Virus record (IMG/VR): IMGVR_UViG_3300020424_000652
Length of the DNA stretch: 64,000 nucleotides
Origin: a virus
Strand: one strand, 5' to 3'
Shown here: positions 1-10,258 of the stretch, one piece after another
How positions within the stretch are numbered: position 1 is the stretch's first letter
Layout: each line of letters starts with the position of its first letter
Notes under the pieces: generated by a model
The model's input: the letters and a program-made list of their open reading frames with translations, nothing else
What the model was told of the DNA's origin: nothing
The model's database searches: none
Position numbers and translations under genes: made by a program

Positions 1-35
1 GTAATAAATCCTTGTTGTTTATATTTATCATTGTG

Positions 36-3000
36 TTATCCATTACTATTATATCCGTTACCTGCATCGTTATAATATAGTCCATCACCCTCATAATCAT
101 CCTGAGAATCTATCAATGTAAGAGCTTCCATACCCAAGTTATTGTATGCTTGAGCAACCATAGTTCCCCCTGGAATCTTAGAACTGCTTAATGGTACTGG
201 AATATTGATTGGTAAATCACCAGTATTTGACAAGTGATTTATTTGATCAAACTTACAAGTACCAGCCGTAAGTGCGTTAGCCGCCACGTTTGCTCCACCA
301 CCTGATATTCTTGATTGGATATAAGCCGCAATAGCTCTTTGTGTAGGAACAATAGCATTACTATTAGCAACGAAAGTTTGTTCTTTTGAAAATTCTCTAA
401 TTACAGCATTTGTTCCACCAAGTACAAAAGCACCCAATCTCAATTCATTCAATCCAGATAGGTCAAACTGTGATGCACTTATAGAAACAATACCTGTGCT
501 TTGTTCAACTTTAAATAATTCACCAACTCTAAAGTTTCCATCTTGGTCAGTTGATGCATAGAAAACTCTTCCACCATTGTATTCATTGGCTTCCCACATC
601 TGTTCTGGTGGATTAACTGATCCAAACCCTTCAAGATAAAGTTTAGGATAATCAGTGTTGTTAAAGTTTCCAGTACCTATGTCTAGGAAATCATGGAACG
701 TTAATCTTACCTGACTGTATTTTTGTCTAATAGTAACTGAAGTTCCGTGTTCTGGTGATTCTTGTATACCCATTGTAGGTGCTATGGAAATTTTTGCTCT
801 AATGTTTGGAGCAGATCCTGAAATAACAGTTGCACTTCCTACTTTGTAAATAACATCTGTGATTCCTGCAAATCTCATGTTATCACCCGGACTTGGTAAT
901 AATGTTAAATCGTCAACAACTACTTCTCCTCCGGTTTGATATTTGTCAATAAATCCATTACCTGTGATTGTAACTGCATTAAATCTTACATAACCAGATC
1001 CTCTTGATTTGAATGCTGGTTGTGCCAATACATTATTTTTAATTCTTACAGAAATATTTGCATCTTGTGTTTTTTGTGTATCGATAACATCAACAGTTGG
1101 CGGAGTAGCTGAGTCATAACCAGATCCTGGATCAGTCATTACAAATCTTGTAATTCTTCCAGTATCAATTGTTGCTCTCATCTGTGCTTGTCTACCAGTT
1201 TTAATAGTGTTAATAGTTGCAGTTGATCCTGTGTCTATCACAACAAACTGTGGACCTTTTGTTCCTGTACCTACGTGTACCTTTGGTGTAAATGCTCCAA
1301 CTGGTGGAGTAATTTGTGGCTTGACTACCCAAGTATCACCTCCGTCACTTTGTCTTACATTACCAGCTGAGTCAACTGCCATAAACACTCCATCTGTGTA
1401 ATCCAGTCCCCATTCATTTTCATTAATAATGTTGGAAGCCTCTACAGGTCTCCAAGTTGCGTTGTTGGCTCCTTCTGCATAATCAGTAAAACTTAAATAG
1501 AAAGTTGATGGTAAACCAAATGTTGCAGTGGTTGTTGAAGTGCCATCACTAATCATTGTTGAAGGACTTGCTGGGTTGAAAGGAAAAGTAGCAGTACCGT
1601 TTGGCTTCACTGCCGCAATAAATCTTCCGTTACCAAAAGTAAAATCAGTTACGTTAAATGTTGTTGGACATACTCTTGTTGTTGATTGCCAGTTTTGTCC
1701 ATTGTCTGTGCTTTCAAATGCAGTACCATCTGCCTTAACAGCAATCCATTTTCCATTACCGTATCTAATATGTTTTAAACCTGTTCCCATACCTGAAGTT
1801 ACATAAGTCCAAGTTGTTCCGTCTGTTGTAGTTACAGCTAATTCATCTGAATCATCTGCTACTGCAATTACTGTATGTGACGTATCACTAAAAGGACCTT
1901 CTGCTATGTCCACCCAGTTACGTTGTGTGATTGGATATGGATTTGATCCCCAGGCTGTCGCCGCTGTTGATAAGTTTGCTCTATTTCCATTTCCTAATGC
2001 AATCCAATATTTTAATTTTCCTTTACACTTAACAATACATTGTGGTCTTACAAAACCTGCGTCAACTGTTGCCGCCGAAAATGCCGATTGGCTGTTGTCA
2101 CTGTACAATGCTAAATCTGTACCACTGCCAGGGAAACAAAATACTGTTTCATTGTGTACACCAGCAACTGGTTTCCAAACGTTTGTGTTGTTTGTGTTAT
2201 GAGCCGTTGATGCATAGTTTGGTTCAGCTACTTTTATTCTTGGTTCAATCCTGTAAGTTGTTGATCCATCTAATGATGTTTCAATTGCTTGTCCAGGAAG
2301 TATGTGATCAAATCCTCTTTTTCCATCTGATGCTTTTATTACATTAATTAATTTTGTGCTTGGGAAGTATTCATCAATAATACCAAATTGTCCTACACCT
2401 TTACCTTCTTCAATAAAAATTTGCATTGATTCAGAAATTGTAGCAACGTTAAATGTTAATGGTGCTCCTCCATAGTTTCCTAGTGATGCATCTGCAATAG
2501 TAATTGTGTCTCCAACTCTATGACTGTCTCCACCATGTGTTACCGTAACTGTACAATTACCAGTGTTGTCTACAACAACTGTAAATCTCATATTAGTTAC
2601 GCCAGCAAATTGATTGTTTGACGTTCCTGTCACATTTGTATATGTGATAGGATGGTCTAATGCGTTTTGAACTCTGTTTGCATCTGCACCGGAAATATTA
2701 TTAATTGTAAGTATTGCTCTTCCAACATATTTTTCTGCGGTCCCAGTATCTGAGTTTGCAATTTTAATGCTAAAGTTTGTTCCTTCTTGAGCAGAGTTTC
2801 TAACGGCAGTCGTGTGTCCTCTACCACCTGGTAAACTTGAATCACCTGGATCCAACAATCTTATTTCACTTATTCCTGCATTTCTTACATCAATGAAATC
2901 GTTATCAACGTCAACTCCAGAACCTGATCCAGTAATTGTGTAAGTGGCATCAGCATAGTCTTGACCTGCGTGTGTGTAACCTAATGCAAGGATTTGATTA

Positions 3001-5357
3001 CCATCATTGTAAACTACTGGTGCTTCTGCATCATAATATCTGTTGTTCAATGTTGCTGTGATTGGTGTTTCTAAAGCATATTCACCTTCAGCAAATGATC
3101 CATATTTTCCATATGAGTTGTTTCCGTTAGTTGCTCTAATTTTTCCGCCACCTGTACAATAGTAACCAATATGACAATAATATGTAAACACAGATACAAG
3201 CTCTGCTTTACCGTCATCGTTACACCATACACCTATTCCATCACTTAGAACCTGTGTAAAGTCGTTTGCAACAATAGATCTATTTCCACCATTGTGTAAT
3301 GTACCATCAATCTTCATTCCTATACAACCAGATCCTAATGTTGTTACGTTTTGTACATAAGTTGATTTGTTTGTTACCCATACACTAGTATCTGTAGGTC
3401 CTGCTCCTGGATCAAGTGCCACATAAGCACCTGTGTTAGGAATCTGTGCTCCGTAGTTGTCTGCTGAACCTAGTTGACCTACCATACCTTGTAATGTCAT
3501 GTTTCTTATACCACAACCATTTCTAACTCTAAACATATCGTTGGTTTCATAACCTGCACGTGGTTGAACAGTTGTGCTTCTTAATTCATCTCCAACAATA
3601 GCAACGCCACTTGGAACATTGATTGGAGTAATCTCACTGTATAGTCCTGTGCTAACAAAAATTGTTGCAGGAGCTCTGTTGGCCTCATCTGCTAATATAT
3701 ATTGTGTTGCGTATTTGATACTTGCAAAAGGAGCCGATATTGTTAAACCAAATCCTGAATCATCTTTTCCATTCATTGCAACATAATAAACCTTTTGAAC
3801 TTCACCTAATCTTTCCCAAGTACCTGTTCCATTAACAACTTTTAATGCTTGTCCTGGAAGACCTATTCCTAATCTTGTATGATTACTTCCGTCATGTGTT
3901 CTTAAATCACCTCTGTAAGCCAACACGTTGTTTGGATTACCCATAACCATTTTGATCCAATAACTGTTTGTTGTATCTAGGTCTGGAGTAACAAGTGTTG
4001 AATCATCACCTTGGTGTGCTTGAACACATTTGTATGACGTTCCTTTGTAAACAATAATGTCTCCTAACACATAAGACTGTGTTGAGAACCATTCACCTCT
4101 GTAATATATCCCTGTCAATAATAATTGCCAGTACATATTAATTGATCCTTCTGTGGATCTAGTTGATCCTGGATCGTAATAACCTCTTGACTCTGGTGTT
4201 AATGCATCTGGTTGTTCGTTAGTGCTATCTCTAACAGCTATGTAAACAAAACCACCATTTCTAACTATCTCACCAGTTTTGTATGACGTAGCGGAATCCC
4301 ACTCACCTTTCATCTGGTAACCAGTCAACATTAATTCCCAATCATATTGACCTTGTAAACTTTCTCCTTCGTAGAACACACCAGTTACACTTGGTGGACT
4401 ACCTGTGTTATTCTTCATTGCAACATAAGTGTATCCACCGTATACTACAATGTCACCTGGTTGATAAGTTGCCGCATTATTCCATACAGCTTCATATCCT
4501 AAACCAGGACACCATATATCAAATTTTGCTTCATCGAAACTTGCTAATGATTGGTGTGCAGTCTTACAACGCCATAACGTTGGACCGTACATAACGATAT
4601 CACCTACTTTGTATTTGATACCAGATGAATCTAAGTTTCCTTGCCATTCACCTTTGTAACAAATACCGTCAAGTATGACATCCCATTTTGCTTGATCTTG
4701 TTCTAAACCTAAAATTGTTGTTGCCGCTGATGTGTGTCCAGTGTTACATCTGTAAAGTCTTGCACCATATCTTACAAAATCATTTACTTTATATTTTGTA
4801 GTAATTGACCAATCAATCTTCCAGTCATCTGTTTTAACAACTAGATCCCACTTGGACTGATCATTTTCTAATCCAGCAACCGTTGTTGCAGAAGTGTGTT
4901 CTGTTAAACATTGGTAAACATAACCACCGTACTTGACAACATCATCTATTCTATATCTTGTTGCAGGTGCCCATTCAACTCTCCAGTTCGGACTCTTTGC
5001 ATATGGTTGTAATTTATCTGTGTCGTTGCTAATACCTAAAGCTGTGGTACTTGCTGAAACGTGTTCCTGTAAAACTTTATAAATTACACCATTGTATTTT
5101 ATTAAATCATTTGGTACATATCTTGTTTCAACTACCCAGTCACCTCTCCATTGGAAACCTTCTGTATTTTTTAACCACTTGCCTGGTGTTGCATTTAGAT
5201 CAGTTGCAAAGGAAGTTTGATCGGAAACGTGTCCAACCATACAGATATAAACATTACCACCATGTCTAACAATATCATCTTTGATATAGGTGGCACCTTT
5301 CAGCCAAACATTTTTCCAAGTGTATCTAATTCTTGCTATGTTAAATTGCTGTGCCAT
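36..5357 (-). CDS. Large tail fibre / receptor-binding structural protein (1773 aa)
   Basis: N-terminal tandem W-x5-Y-x3-D-(I/V)V-x-YGG-x2-Y-x-C-x3-H repeats resembling CBM5/12 modules; YYVAMNGKDD...PFASIKYA start of a pectin-lyase-like beta-helix; BNR-like (STDNGQNW) segment; C-terminal YSQVRLTFHDFLDIGTG...STDQDGNFRVG block typical of T4-like phage structural proteins. Confidence 0.7.
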   Translation of the reverse strand: MAQQFNIARIRYTWKNVWLKGATYIKDDIVRHGGNVYICMVGHVSDQTSFATDLNATPGKWLKNTEGFQWRGDWVVETRYVPNDLIKYNGVIYKVLQEHVSASTTALGISNDTDKLQPYAKSPNWRVEWAPATRYRIDDVVKYGGYVYQCLTEHTSATTVAGLENDQSKWDLVVKTDDWKIDWSITTKYKVNDFVRYGARLYRCNTGHTSAATTILGLEQDQAKWDVILDGICYKGEWQGNLDSSGIKYKVGDIVMYGPTLWRCKTAHQSLASFDEAKFDIWCPGLGYEAVWNNAATYQPGDIVVYGGYTYVAMKNNTGSPPSVTGVFYEGESLQGQYDWELMLTGYQMKGEWDSATSYKTGEIVRNGGFVYIAVRDSTNEQPDALTPESRGYYDPGSTRSTEGSINMYWQLLLTGIYYRGEWFSTQSYVLGDIIVYKGTSYKCVQAHQGDDSTLVTPDLDTTNSYWIKMVMGNPNNVLAYRGDLRTHDGSNHTRLGIGLPGQALKVVNGTGTWERLGEVQKVYYVAMNGKDDSGFGLTISAPFASIKYATQYILADEANRAPATIFVSTGLYSEITPINVPSGVAIVGDELRSTTVQPRAGYETNDMFRVRNGCGIRNMTLQGMVGQLGSADNYGAQIPNTGAYVALDPGAGPTDTSVWVTNKSTYVQNVTTLGSGCIGMKIDGTLHNGGNRSIVANDFTQVLSDGIGVWCNDDGKAELVSVFTYYCHIGYYCTGGGKIRATNGNNSYGKYGSFAEGEYALETPITATLNNRYYDAEAPVVYNDGNQILALGYTHAGQDYADATYTITGSGSGVDVDNDFIDVRNAGISEIRLLDPGDSSLPGGRGHTTAVRNSAQEGTNFSIKIANSDTGTAEKYVGRAILTINNISGADANRVQNALDHPITYTNVTGTSNNQFAGVTNMRFTVVVDNTGNCTVTVTHGGDSHRVGDTITIADASLGNYGGAPLTFNVATISESMQIFIEEGKGVGQFGIIDEYFPSTKLINVIKASDGKRGFDHILPGQAIETSLDGSTTYRIEPRIKVAEPNYASTAHNTNNTNVWKPVAGVHNETVFCFPGSGTDLALYSDNSQSAFSAATVDAGFVRPQCIVKCKGKLKYWIALGNGNRANLSTAATAWGSNPYPITQRNWVDIAEGPFSDTSHTVIAVADDSDELAVTTTDGTTWTYVTSGMGTGLKHIRYGNGKWIAVKADGTAFESTDNGQNWQSTTRVCPTTFNVTDFTFGNGRFIAAVKPNGTATFPFNPASPSTMISDGTSTTTATFGLPSTFYLSFTDYAEGANNATWRPVEASNIINENEWGLDYTDGVFMAVDSAGNVRQSDGGDTWVVKPQITPPVGAFTPKVHVGTGTKGPQFVVIDTGSTATINTIKTGRQAQMRATIDTGRITRFVMTDPGSGYDSATPPTVDVIDTQKTQDANISVRIKNNVLAQPAFKSRGSGYVRFNAVTITGNGFIDKYQTGGEVVVDDLTLLPSPGDNMRFAGITDVIYKVGSATVISGSAPNIRAKISIAPTMGIQESPEHGTSVTIRQKYSQVRLTFHDFLDIGTGNFNNTDYPKLYLEGFGSVNPPEQMWEANEYNGGRVFYASTDQDGNFRVGELFKVEQSTGIVSISASQFDLSGLNELRLGAFVLGGTNAVIREFSKEQTFVANSNAIVPTQRAIAAYIQSRISGGGANVAANALTAGTCKFDQINHLSNTGDLPINIPVPLSSSKIPGGTMVAQAYNNLGMEALTLIDSQDDYEGDGLYYNDAGNGYNSNG

Positions 5358-5758
5358 TATCCTGCGTACCCTGTTGCGTTTTGTCCAAATGGTAAGTGAT
5401 CACTTGAAGTTCCATCTGGATATTCATATTTTGTGTTAACTCTTAAAACAACTTCACCTTCACTGTTAAGATAATAATAAATGTTTTGATCGTCCCAACG
5501 CATTTGTTCAAACACCAAGTTGTCAAAAACCAAAACGTGGTTTGGATTTCTTCCTTCGAAGAAACTTTCTCCTGCTTGGAAGTCTGTGTAGTTTCCGTCA
5601 GTACCACCTGGTCTGTTAATTTGAATTACGTCAGTTGGAGATGCTTTATCAACCTTTGCAATAAAAAGTTGTCCATCATCATCTCTACGTAATGCGTAGA
5701 AATAACGTTCGCCTGTATCACCTTCTAACGGTGCTTGTCCTACATAGTTAAAACTCAT
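5357..5758 (-). CDS. Hypothetical virion-associated protein (133 aa)
   Basis: Clean ORF in the structural operon; its stop overlaps the start of 36..5357. Confidence 0.6.
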   Translation of the reverse strand: MSFNYVGQAPLEGDTGERYFYALRRDDDGQLFIAKVDKASPTDVIQINRPGGTDGNYTDFQAGESFFEGRNPNHVLVFDNLVFEQMRWDDQNIYYYLNSEGEVVLRVNTKYEYPDGTSSDHLPFGQNATGYAG

Positions 5759-5759
5759 A

Positions 5760-6089
5760 TTACACTATCTCCACATAACTTAAAATTACATCAACAGCAT
5801 CATCTTGATCTGCTGTGACAAATAAACTATTACCTTGAGGCAAAATTAATTTTTCACCTCCGTTGATGGCTCTCAAACTGGCACTGGGAGCAATCATCAC
5901 ATCTTTTACATAAAATCCTAGTACACTGGTATCATCTTTAACTTGAATGCTTACACGAGTATTACCGTCAAGTAAGTTTGCAACTGATAAACCAATAGCA
6001 GTAACTTTAGAACCACTAGCAACACTAACAATTTCTACTGGTACAGTTCCTACTGATTTTATAACTTTATTTCTAAAAAACGTTGCCAT
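5760..6089 (-). CDS. Small beta-rich structural protein (109 aa), paralogue of 9917..10249
   Basis: Shares EK(L/V)(I/V)L...(V/I)xxSY(V/L)E(I/V) C-terminus with 9917..10249; tightly packed in the operon. Confidence 0.65.
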   Translation of the reverse strand: MATFFRNKVIKSVGTVPVEIVSVASGSKVTAIGLSVANLLDGNTRVSIQVKDDTSVLGFYVKDVMIAPSASLRAINGGEKLILPQGNSLFVTADQDDAVDVILSYVEIV

Positions 6090-6093
6090 ATTA

Positions 6094-7569
6094 TTATCCT
6101 AAACTTAAGACTAACTCCAATGCGATGTTTTGTGCATCTGTTTGTGAAACAGCACCTGAACTACCTGCAACCGTATCCCAAGCACTACCATCGTAAATTT
6201 CTAATCTACCGTCTGTTGTATTCCAACGTGTCATTCCTAAAACAGGACTTGTATGACGTTGTGAACCAGTACCAGCCGGAACAATAAATGCGTCTGTACC
6301 TGCGATCTGGAAGTAACCTGTACCTGGATCTAAGACACTGACAGCACCACTGCTAGTGTTATTTATAGTACTTCCACTGATATTAAAATTATCAATTTGC
6401 ACACCACCTGTACCGTTAGGTATAAGGTTCAAATCAGTGTTTGCAGTAGTTGTACTAATGGTGTTGCCATCAATTTGTATGCTATCTACATTAATTTTAG
6501 CAACATTAAATTCTGTTTGTGTAATACTTGCAATTAAGTTACCATTTGAGTAAAATCTAATAGTGTTATCATTTGCTCCAGGCGTTAATTCAGCAGTAAT
6601 ATATGTGTCAGCATCTAAATCATACACACCTGTTAACACTATCCAGTTACCGTCGTAACCTTCAAATTTAGATGTTGTGGTGTTGTAACGTATCATACCT
6701 ACTGCTGGTACAGTTGGTCTTTCCGCAGTAGAACCTGCTGGTATTCTAATTGATCCTGTTCCTTGTACATTTACTTGTCCAGAGCCTGGAACAAATGTCA
6801 TGTCAGTACTTGCAGTTTCTATTCTGCTTTGTTTGATCACAAAATCATCTATAACAATAGCACCAGAACCATTTGTTCTTAATTCTAAATCTGCATTAGA
6901 AGTTGTGTTTTGTATTACGTTAGAATCAATTACTATATCATCAATGTATGCCGCACCGGCGTGTACGCTGTTCCATTTTCTTCCTGGAGTACCTAAATTG
7001 TATTGAGCACTTGCATCTGGTTTTAAGTCTGATGTTATACCAGCAGTAATACTAATAGTATCAGTTGCTTCATCACCAATTTGTACATTTCCTGAAATAG
7101 TAATATCACCATCAGCAGTTAAATTTCCAGTGATATCTAAGTTACCTGTGACAGCTAAATTTCCTTGTACATCAACTTTACCTGATCCTGATGGTACAAT
7201 ATCTATATCAGCATTTGATACAGTTGTGCTAATCACGTTTGTTGAAAATCTTAAATCATCAATTTCAAGAGTTTTTAATGCTGTAACTTTGTCTGATCCT
7301 ACTGTTGTTAAGTTTAATGTGTTTGCAACTGAATCAATAGTGTTGCCAGAAATTCTAACATCACCTATATATGCTGTTCCTGTTGTGATTAAATCTGTTG
7401 ATCTTGTAGTACCGTTTACATCTAGTTCGTATTGAGGAGTAGTAGTCTTAATACCGATCCTACTGTTATTAACATCCAAATATAGTAAATCCGTCTCAAA
7501 TGCTAAATCTACGCCGTTACGCAGAAGATTAGCCTTAAGTAGCGGACCTGATATACGACCTACAGCCAC
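6094..7569 (-). CDS. Fibre-like virion structural protein (491 aa), paralogue of 7712..9169
   Basis: GTG start with AGGAGA RBS; N-terminal RISGPLLxANL..LAFETDLLY; repeated NxIST...NxDL..GxG fibre repeats; two (I/V)PAGS/T...R(Y/W)NTT..(F/L)E.YDG.W modules. Confidence 0.7.
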   Translation of the reverse strand: MAVGRISGPLLKANLLRNGVDLAFETDLLYLDVNNSRIGIKTTTPQYELDVNGTTRSTDLITTGTAYIGDVRISGNTIDSVANTLNLTTVGSDKVTALKTLEIDDLRFSTNVISTTVSNADIDIVPSGSGKVDVQGNLAVTGNLDITGNLTADGDITISGNVQIGDEATDTISITAGITSDLKPDASAQYNLGTPGRKWNSVHAGAAYIDDIVIDSNVIQNTTSNADLELRTNGSGAIVIDDFVIKQSRIETASTDMTFVPGSGQVNVQGTGSIRIPAGSTAERPTVPAVGMIRYNTTTSKFEGYDGNWIVLTGVYDLDADTYITAELTPGANDNTIRFYSNGNLIASITQTEFNVAKINVDSIQIDGNTISTTTANTDLNLIPNGTGGVQIDNFNISGSTINNTSSGAVSVLDPGTGYFQIAGTDAFIVPAGTGSQRHTSPVLGMTRWNTTDGRLEIYDGSAWDTVAGSSGAVSQTDAQNIALELVLSLG

Positions 7570-7692
7570 TTGTTTCTCCTAATACGGGGATCCTGTCCCA
7601 CTAACCTGATTGCATTGCCGGTTAACCACAGTATGTCCTATAAAACGTCTTTGGGTATCTCTCCCTCAGATGGTCTTGTCTTATATTACTTG
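7570..7692 (-). promoter_or_regulatory. Candidate structured 5' leader of 6094..7569
   Basis: About 120 nt between late promoter (7693-7699) and start; stems UAUAAGAC/GUUUUAUA, UUAACC/GGUUAG, GGGA/UCCC and AUAC/GUAU, the last closing just before the RBS. Confidence 0.45.
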
Positions 7693-7700
7693 TATTTATC
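7693..7700 (-). promoter_or_regulatory. T4-type late promoter GATAAATA
   Basis: ATAAATA in intergenic DNA in the correct orientation; the motif recurs before most late operons here. Confidence 0.7.
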
Positions 7701-7711
7701 GTTTTTGGTAA

Positions 7712-9169
7712 TTATGCTAGTGCTAAGGTATAGATATTAGTAAGTTCTTCCATATATTCTGTGGTCACAGAATCACCAGCACCTGATACGTTTGCCCACT
7801 GTGTACCTTCCCAAGTTTCAAGATATTTAAGTGTAGTGTTATATCTTGTTGCACCTATAGGAACGTTTGCAGGTCTATCAGCAACTGACCCTGCTGGTAT
7901 TACAAATCCACCTGTTCCACCAAATTTTACAACACCTAAATTACCTGCACCTATGGTTGAAAACACCATGTTGCCCGAACCTGTGTTTGTAATTGTGTTA
8001 ACATTAATTGCATAATTGCCAATTACAACGTTACCTGTTGCTGTTAAAACAATATCAGCATTTGTTGAAGCACTTGATATATTTGCATTATCTAAAACAA
8101 TATTATCTTGAGATACTAGTCTATTTGTAACTAATCCATCTGGTGTAAGTGTAGTATTTGTTTGGTTATTTGTAACAAAACTAAACGTGTTATTATCATT
8201 TGCTAATACGTAAGTTTGTCTGTTTTCACTCCATATTCCCCTTAACGGAGTGTATGCAGTAGAAAATAATTCAAAGAAATTTGTTGTTGAATTATACCTT
8301 ACATCTCTGTATTGACTAGGTCTTTCAGCTTCTGTACCAACCGGAACTTTCAATGACCTAACAGCGGCTAAATTTAAATTGTTACCTCCTGGTGCAATTT
8401 CTAAATCATTAGATCCCAGACTACGCATTTCACTTCCGCTTATAGCAAAATTATCATGTACAATTTGCCCTGTGCCAGATGCTCTAATAAACAAGTTATT
8501 ATTTAATGTGCTGGTTGAAATAAAATTAGTATCTATTTCAATGTCACCTATTTGTGCTTTTCCTGTGTTTATATCTTTCCAAGTTTTTGTAGCACTTCCT
8601 AAATTTAATAAATCTTCAGTTCTTCTTGGTAATAAATCTTGTGAAAAATTTACAAAATCAAAATCAATTGTATCACTAGCTTGATCACCTATATCAAAGT
8701 TGCCACCGACTAAAACGTTACCTGGAACTGTGACATTACCAGTTGCACTTACATCACCAGTTACAAGTGTGTTCTTTTTAAATTGTGTGGTTCCTGTTTG
8801 ATTAGGATTAAATGTAATATCAAATCCACCTAAACTTGAAATTTGTCTTCCATTTACTTGTAAATTATCTGTTTTTAAATTATCAATTTTAATTTTTTCA
8901 ACAGCATTTAAATTAATATCTCCAACAACTGCTTCTGCACCTGTTGTACTGAATCTTACATTTCCGCCTGTAAGTCTTGTGGCATAAACATTAGGAGATT
9001 CAATTTGTCCATTAACATTTAGTTCAGCATTAGGACTAGAAGTTCTAATTCCTACTCTGCCATTTAATGCACCAATGTATAATAGATCAGTTTCAAACGC
9101 AAGATTAGACTGCGTTCTTTTTAAATTTGCCGCTAGTAATGGTCCTGATATACGTGCTACTTGAGCCAT
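7712..9169 (-). CDS. Fibre-like virion structural protein (485 aa)
   Basis: Paralogue of 6094..7569 (same N-terminus, same PxG..RP..RYN modules); AAGGAG RBS and late promoter at 9186-9193. Confidence 0.7.
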   Translation of the reverse strand: MAQVARISGPLLAANLKRTQSNLAFETDLLYIGALNGRVGIRTSSPNAELNVNGQIESPNVYATRLTGGNVRFSTTGAEAVVGDINLNAVEKIKIDNLKTDNLQVNGRQISSLGGFDITFNPNQTGTTQFKKNTLVTGDVSATGNVTVPGNVLVGGNFDIGDQASDTIDFDFVNFSQDLLPRRTEDLLNLGSATKTWKDINTGKAQIGDIEIDTNFISTSTLNNNLFIRASGTGQIVHDNFAISGSEMRSLGSNDLEIAPGGNNLNLAAVRSLKVPVGTEAERPSQYRDVRYNSTTNFFELFSTAYTPLRGIWSENRQTYVLANDNNTFSFVTNNQTNTTLTPDGLVTNRLVSQDNIVLDNANISSASTNADIVLTATGNVVIGNYAINVNTITNTGSGNMVFSTIGAGNLGVVKFGGTGGFVIPAGSVADRPANVPIGATRYNTTLKYLETWEGTQWANVSGAGDSVTTEYMEELTNIYTLALA

Positions 9170-9185
9170 GTTTACTCCTTAACTA

Positions 9186-9193
9186 TATTTATC
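9186..9193 (-). promoter_or_regulatory. Late promoter GATAAATA
   Basis: Motif in the short intergenic gap upstream of 7712..9169. Confidence 0.65.
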
Positions 9194-9199
9194 GGAATA

Positions 9200-9412
9200 T
9201 TATGTCCAAGGACGACCAGCTTTTAAAGTTCCTGTTGTGATTTTCTTTAATGTACTAGAATCGTTATTGCCTGGTGTATACAATGTAGGCACTAATCCTT
9301 TTTTAAGTGTAGCTCTTTTACCTGTTGCCGCACGTTTTTCTTTTGCAAGTTTTAACTTTGCTTCTTGACGTTGTCTTTTAAAAGTTAAGTGTGATATACC
9401 GTTTTGGGACAT
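9200..9412 (-). CDS. Small basic hypothetical protein (70 aa)
   Basis: Start overlaps the stop of 9412..9915; fills the operon gap; K/R rich. Confidence 0.6.
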   Translation of the reverse strand: MSQNGISHLTFKRQRQEAKLKLAKEKRAATGKRATLKKGLVPTLYTPGNNDSSTLKKITTGTLKAGRPWT

Positions 9413-9915
9413 TACTTGTCAAAGTTGTGTAGAACTGTGACTGGTTTTCCTGTTGGTACTGCTGTACCAAACACCACATACCAACCTGCCGCATAACCCG
9501 TTGGGTTTTGTTCTAGAGTATAGTTTGTTGTTGGAAGTTGAAATACGTTTTCAACAAGTACGATTAAATTTTGTGCCGCCGCCGGAGCAGGGTTATAAGT
9601 GTCTCCATTGTTTAATGGACCAAATTTAGTTTCAACATCATTGCCGTTACCTAAACTTTGCATGACAATACTTGCTGGTTCAAATCTTCTAATAGGTGCC
9701 CATGATCCTGCTTGATAGTTTTCAAACACATTTGTTGTTGTGTTGTATCTCATGTGACCATTTTCAGGACTTGTAATTTTATCAGAGGTTGTTCCTTTTG
9801 GAACTAACATCATGTCTTTGCTGTCAAGGACAACTTGTCCATTGATATCTCTGCGGATATCATCTTGTCCATAAACACCACGGACGTTCGTTGATTGTCT
9901 TCTAAGAAACCTCAT
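9412..9915 (-). CDS. Virion structural protein (167 aa)
   Basis: Carries the VPKGTT...GHMRYNTTTNVFENY..GSW module seen in the fibre paralogues, plus a GNGND..F...VLVENVFQ.P..Y small beta domain. Confidence 0.65.
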   Translation of the reverse strand: MRFLRRQSTNVRGVYGQDDIRRDINGQVVLDSKDMMLVPKGTTSDKITSPENGHMRYNTTTNVFENYQAGSWAPIRRFEPASIVMQSLGNGNDVETKFGPLNNGDTYNPAPAAAQNLIVLVENVFQLPTTNYTLEQNPTGYAAGWYVVFGTAVPTGKPVTVLHNFDK

Positions 9916-9916
9916 A

Positions 9917-10249
9917 TTATACCTCTAAGTAACTAACAGTTATACTCAAGTTCAAAGGTGCTTGTGATAACACAGTTACTTTGTCACCAGCCTCTAATAC
10001 AACTTTTTCAGTGTCAAGTGTAAATGTGTCTCCACCTGCTACTGGCATTTCTTTAACAACCATGTTAGTGTTGGACTTTGCCTGTCCACTCTTCACAAAG
10101 TGTAAATCAAATGATGTATCATTAGTACCGGCGGAGTTAAATCCTGCATGATTACAAACCATAATTGTTGTAATTGCATAAGAAGTACTAGCTGGTACAG
10201 TTAGTACTACTGTATCTGTGTTTCCTATTGCCGCTTGTGCTATTGCCAT
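9917..10249 (-). CDS. Small beta-rich structural protein (110 aa)
   Basis: Paralogue of 5760..6089; AGGA RBS. Confidence 0.65.
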   Translation of the reverse strand: MAIAQAAIGNTDTVVLTVPASTSYAITTIMVCNHAGFNSAGTNDTSFDLHFVKSGQAKSNTNMVVKEMPVAGGDTFTLDTEKVVLEAGDKVTVLSQAPLNLSITVSYLEV

Positions 10250-10258
10250 TTTCTATCC

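Noticed and set aside
7640-7680. Hammerhead ribozyme (CUGAG...)
   Set aside because: Lacks the CUGANGA and GAAA core with proper stems.
6094-9915. Diversity-generating retroelement suggested by Mtd-like modules
   Set aside because: No reverse transcriptase and no adenine-specific TR/VR nucleotide repeat pair seen in this window.
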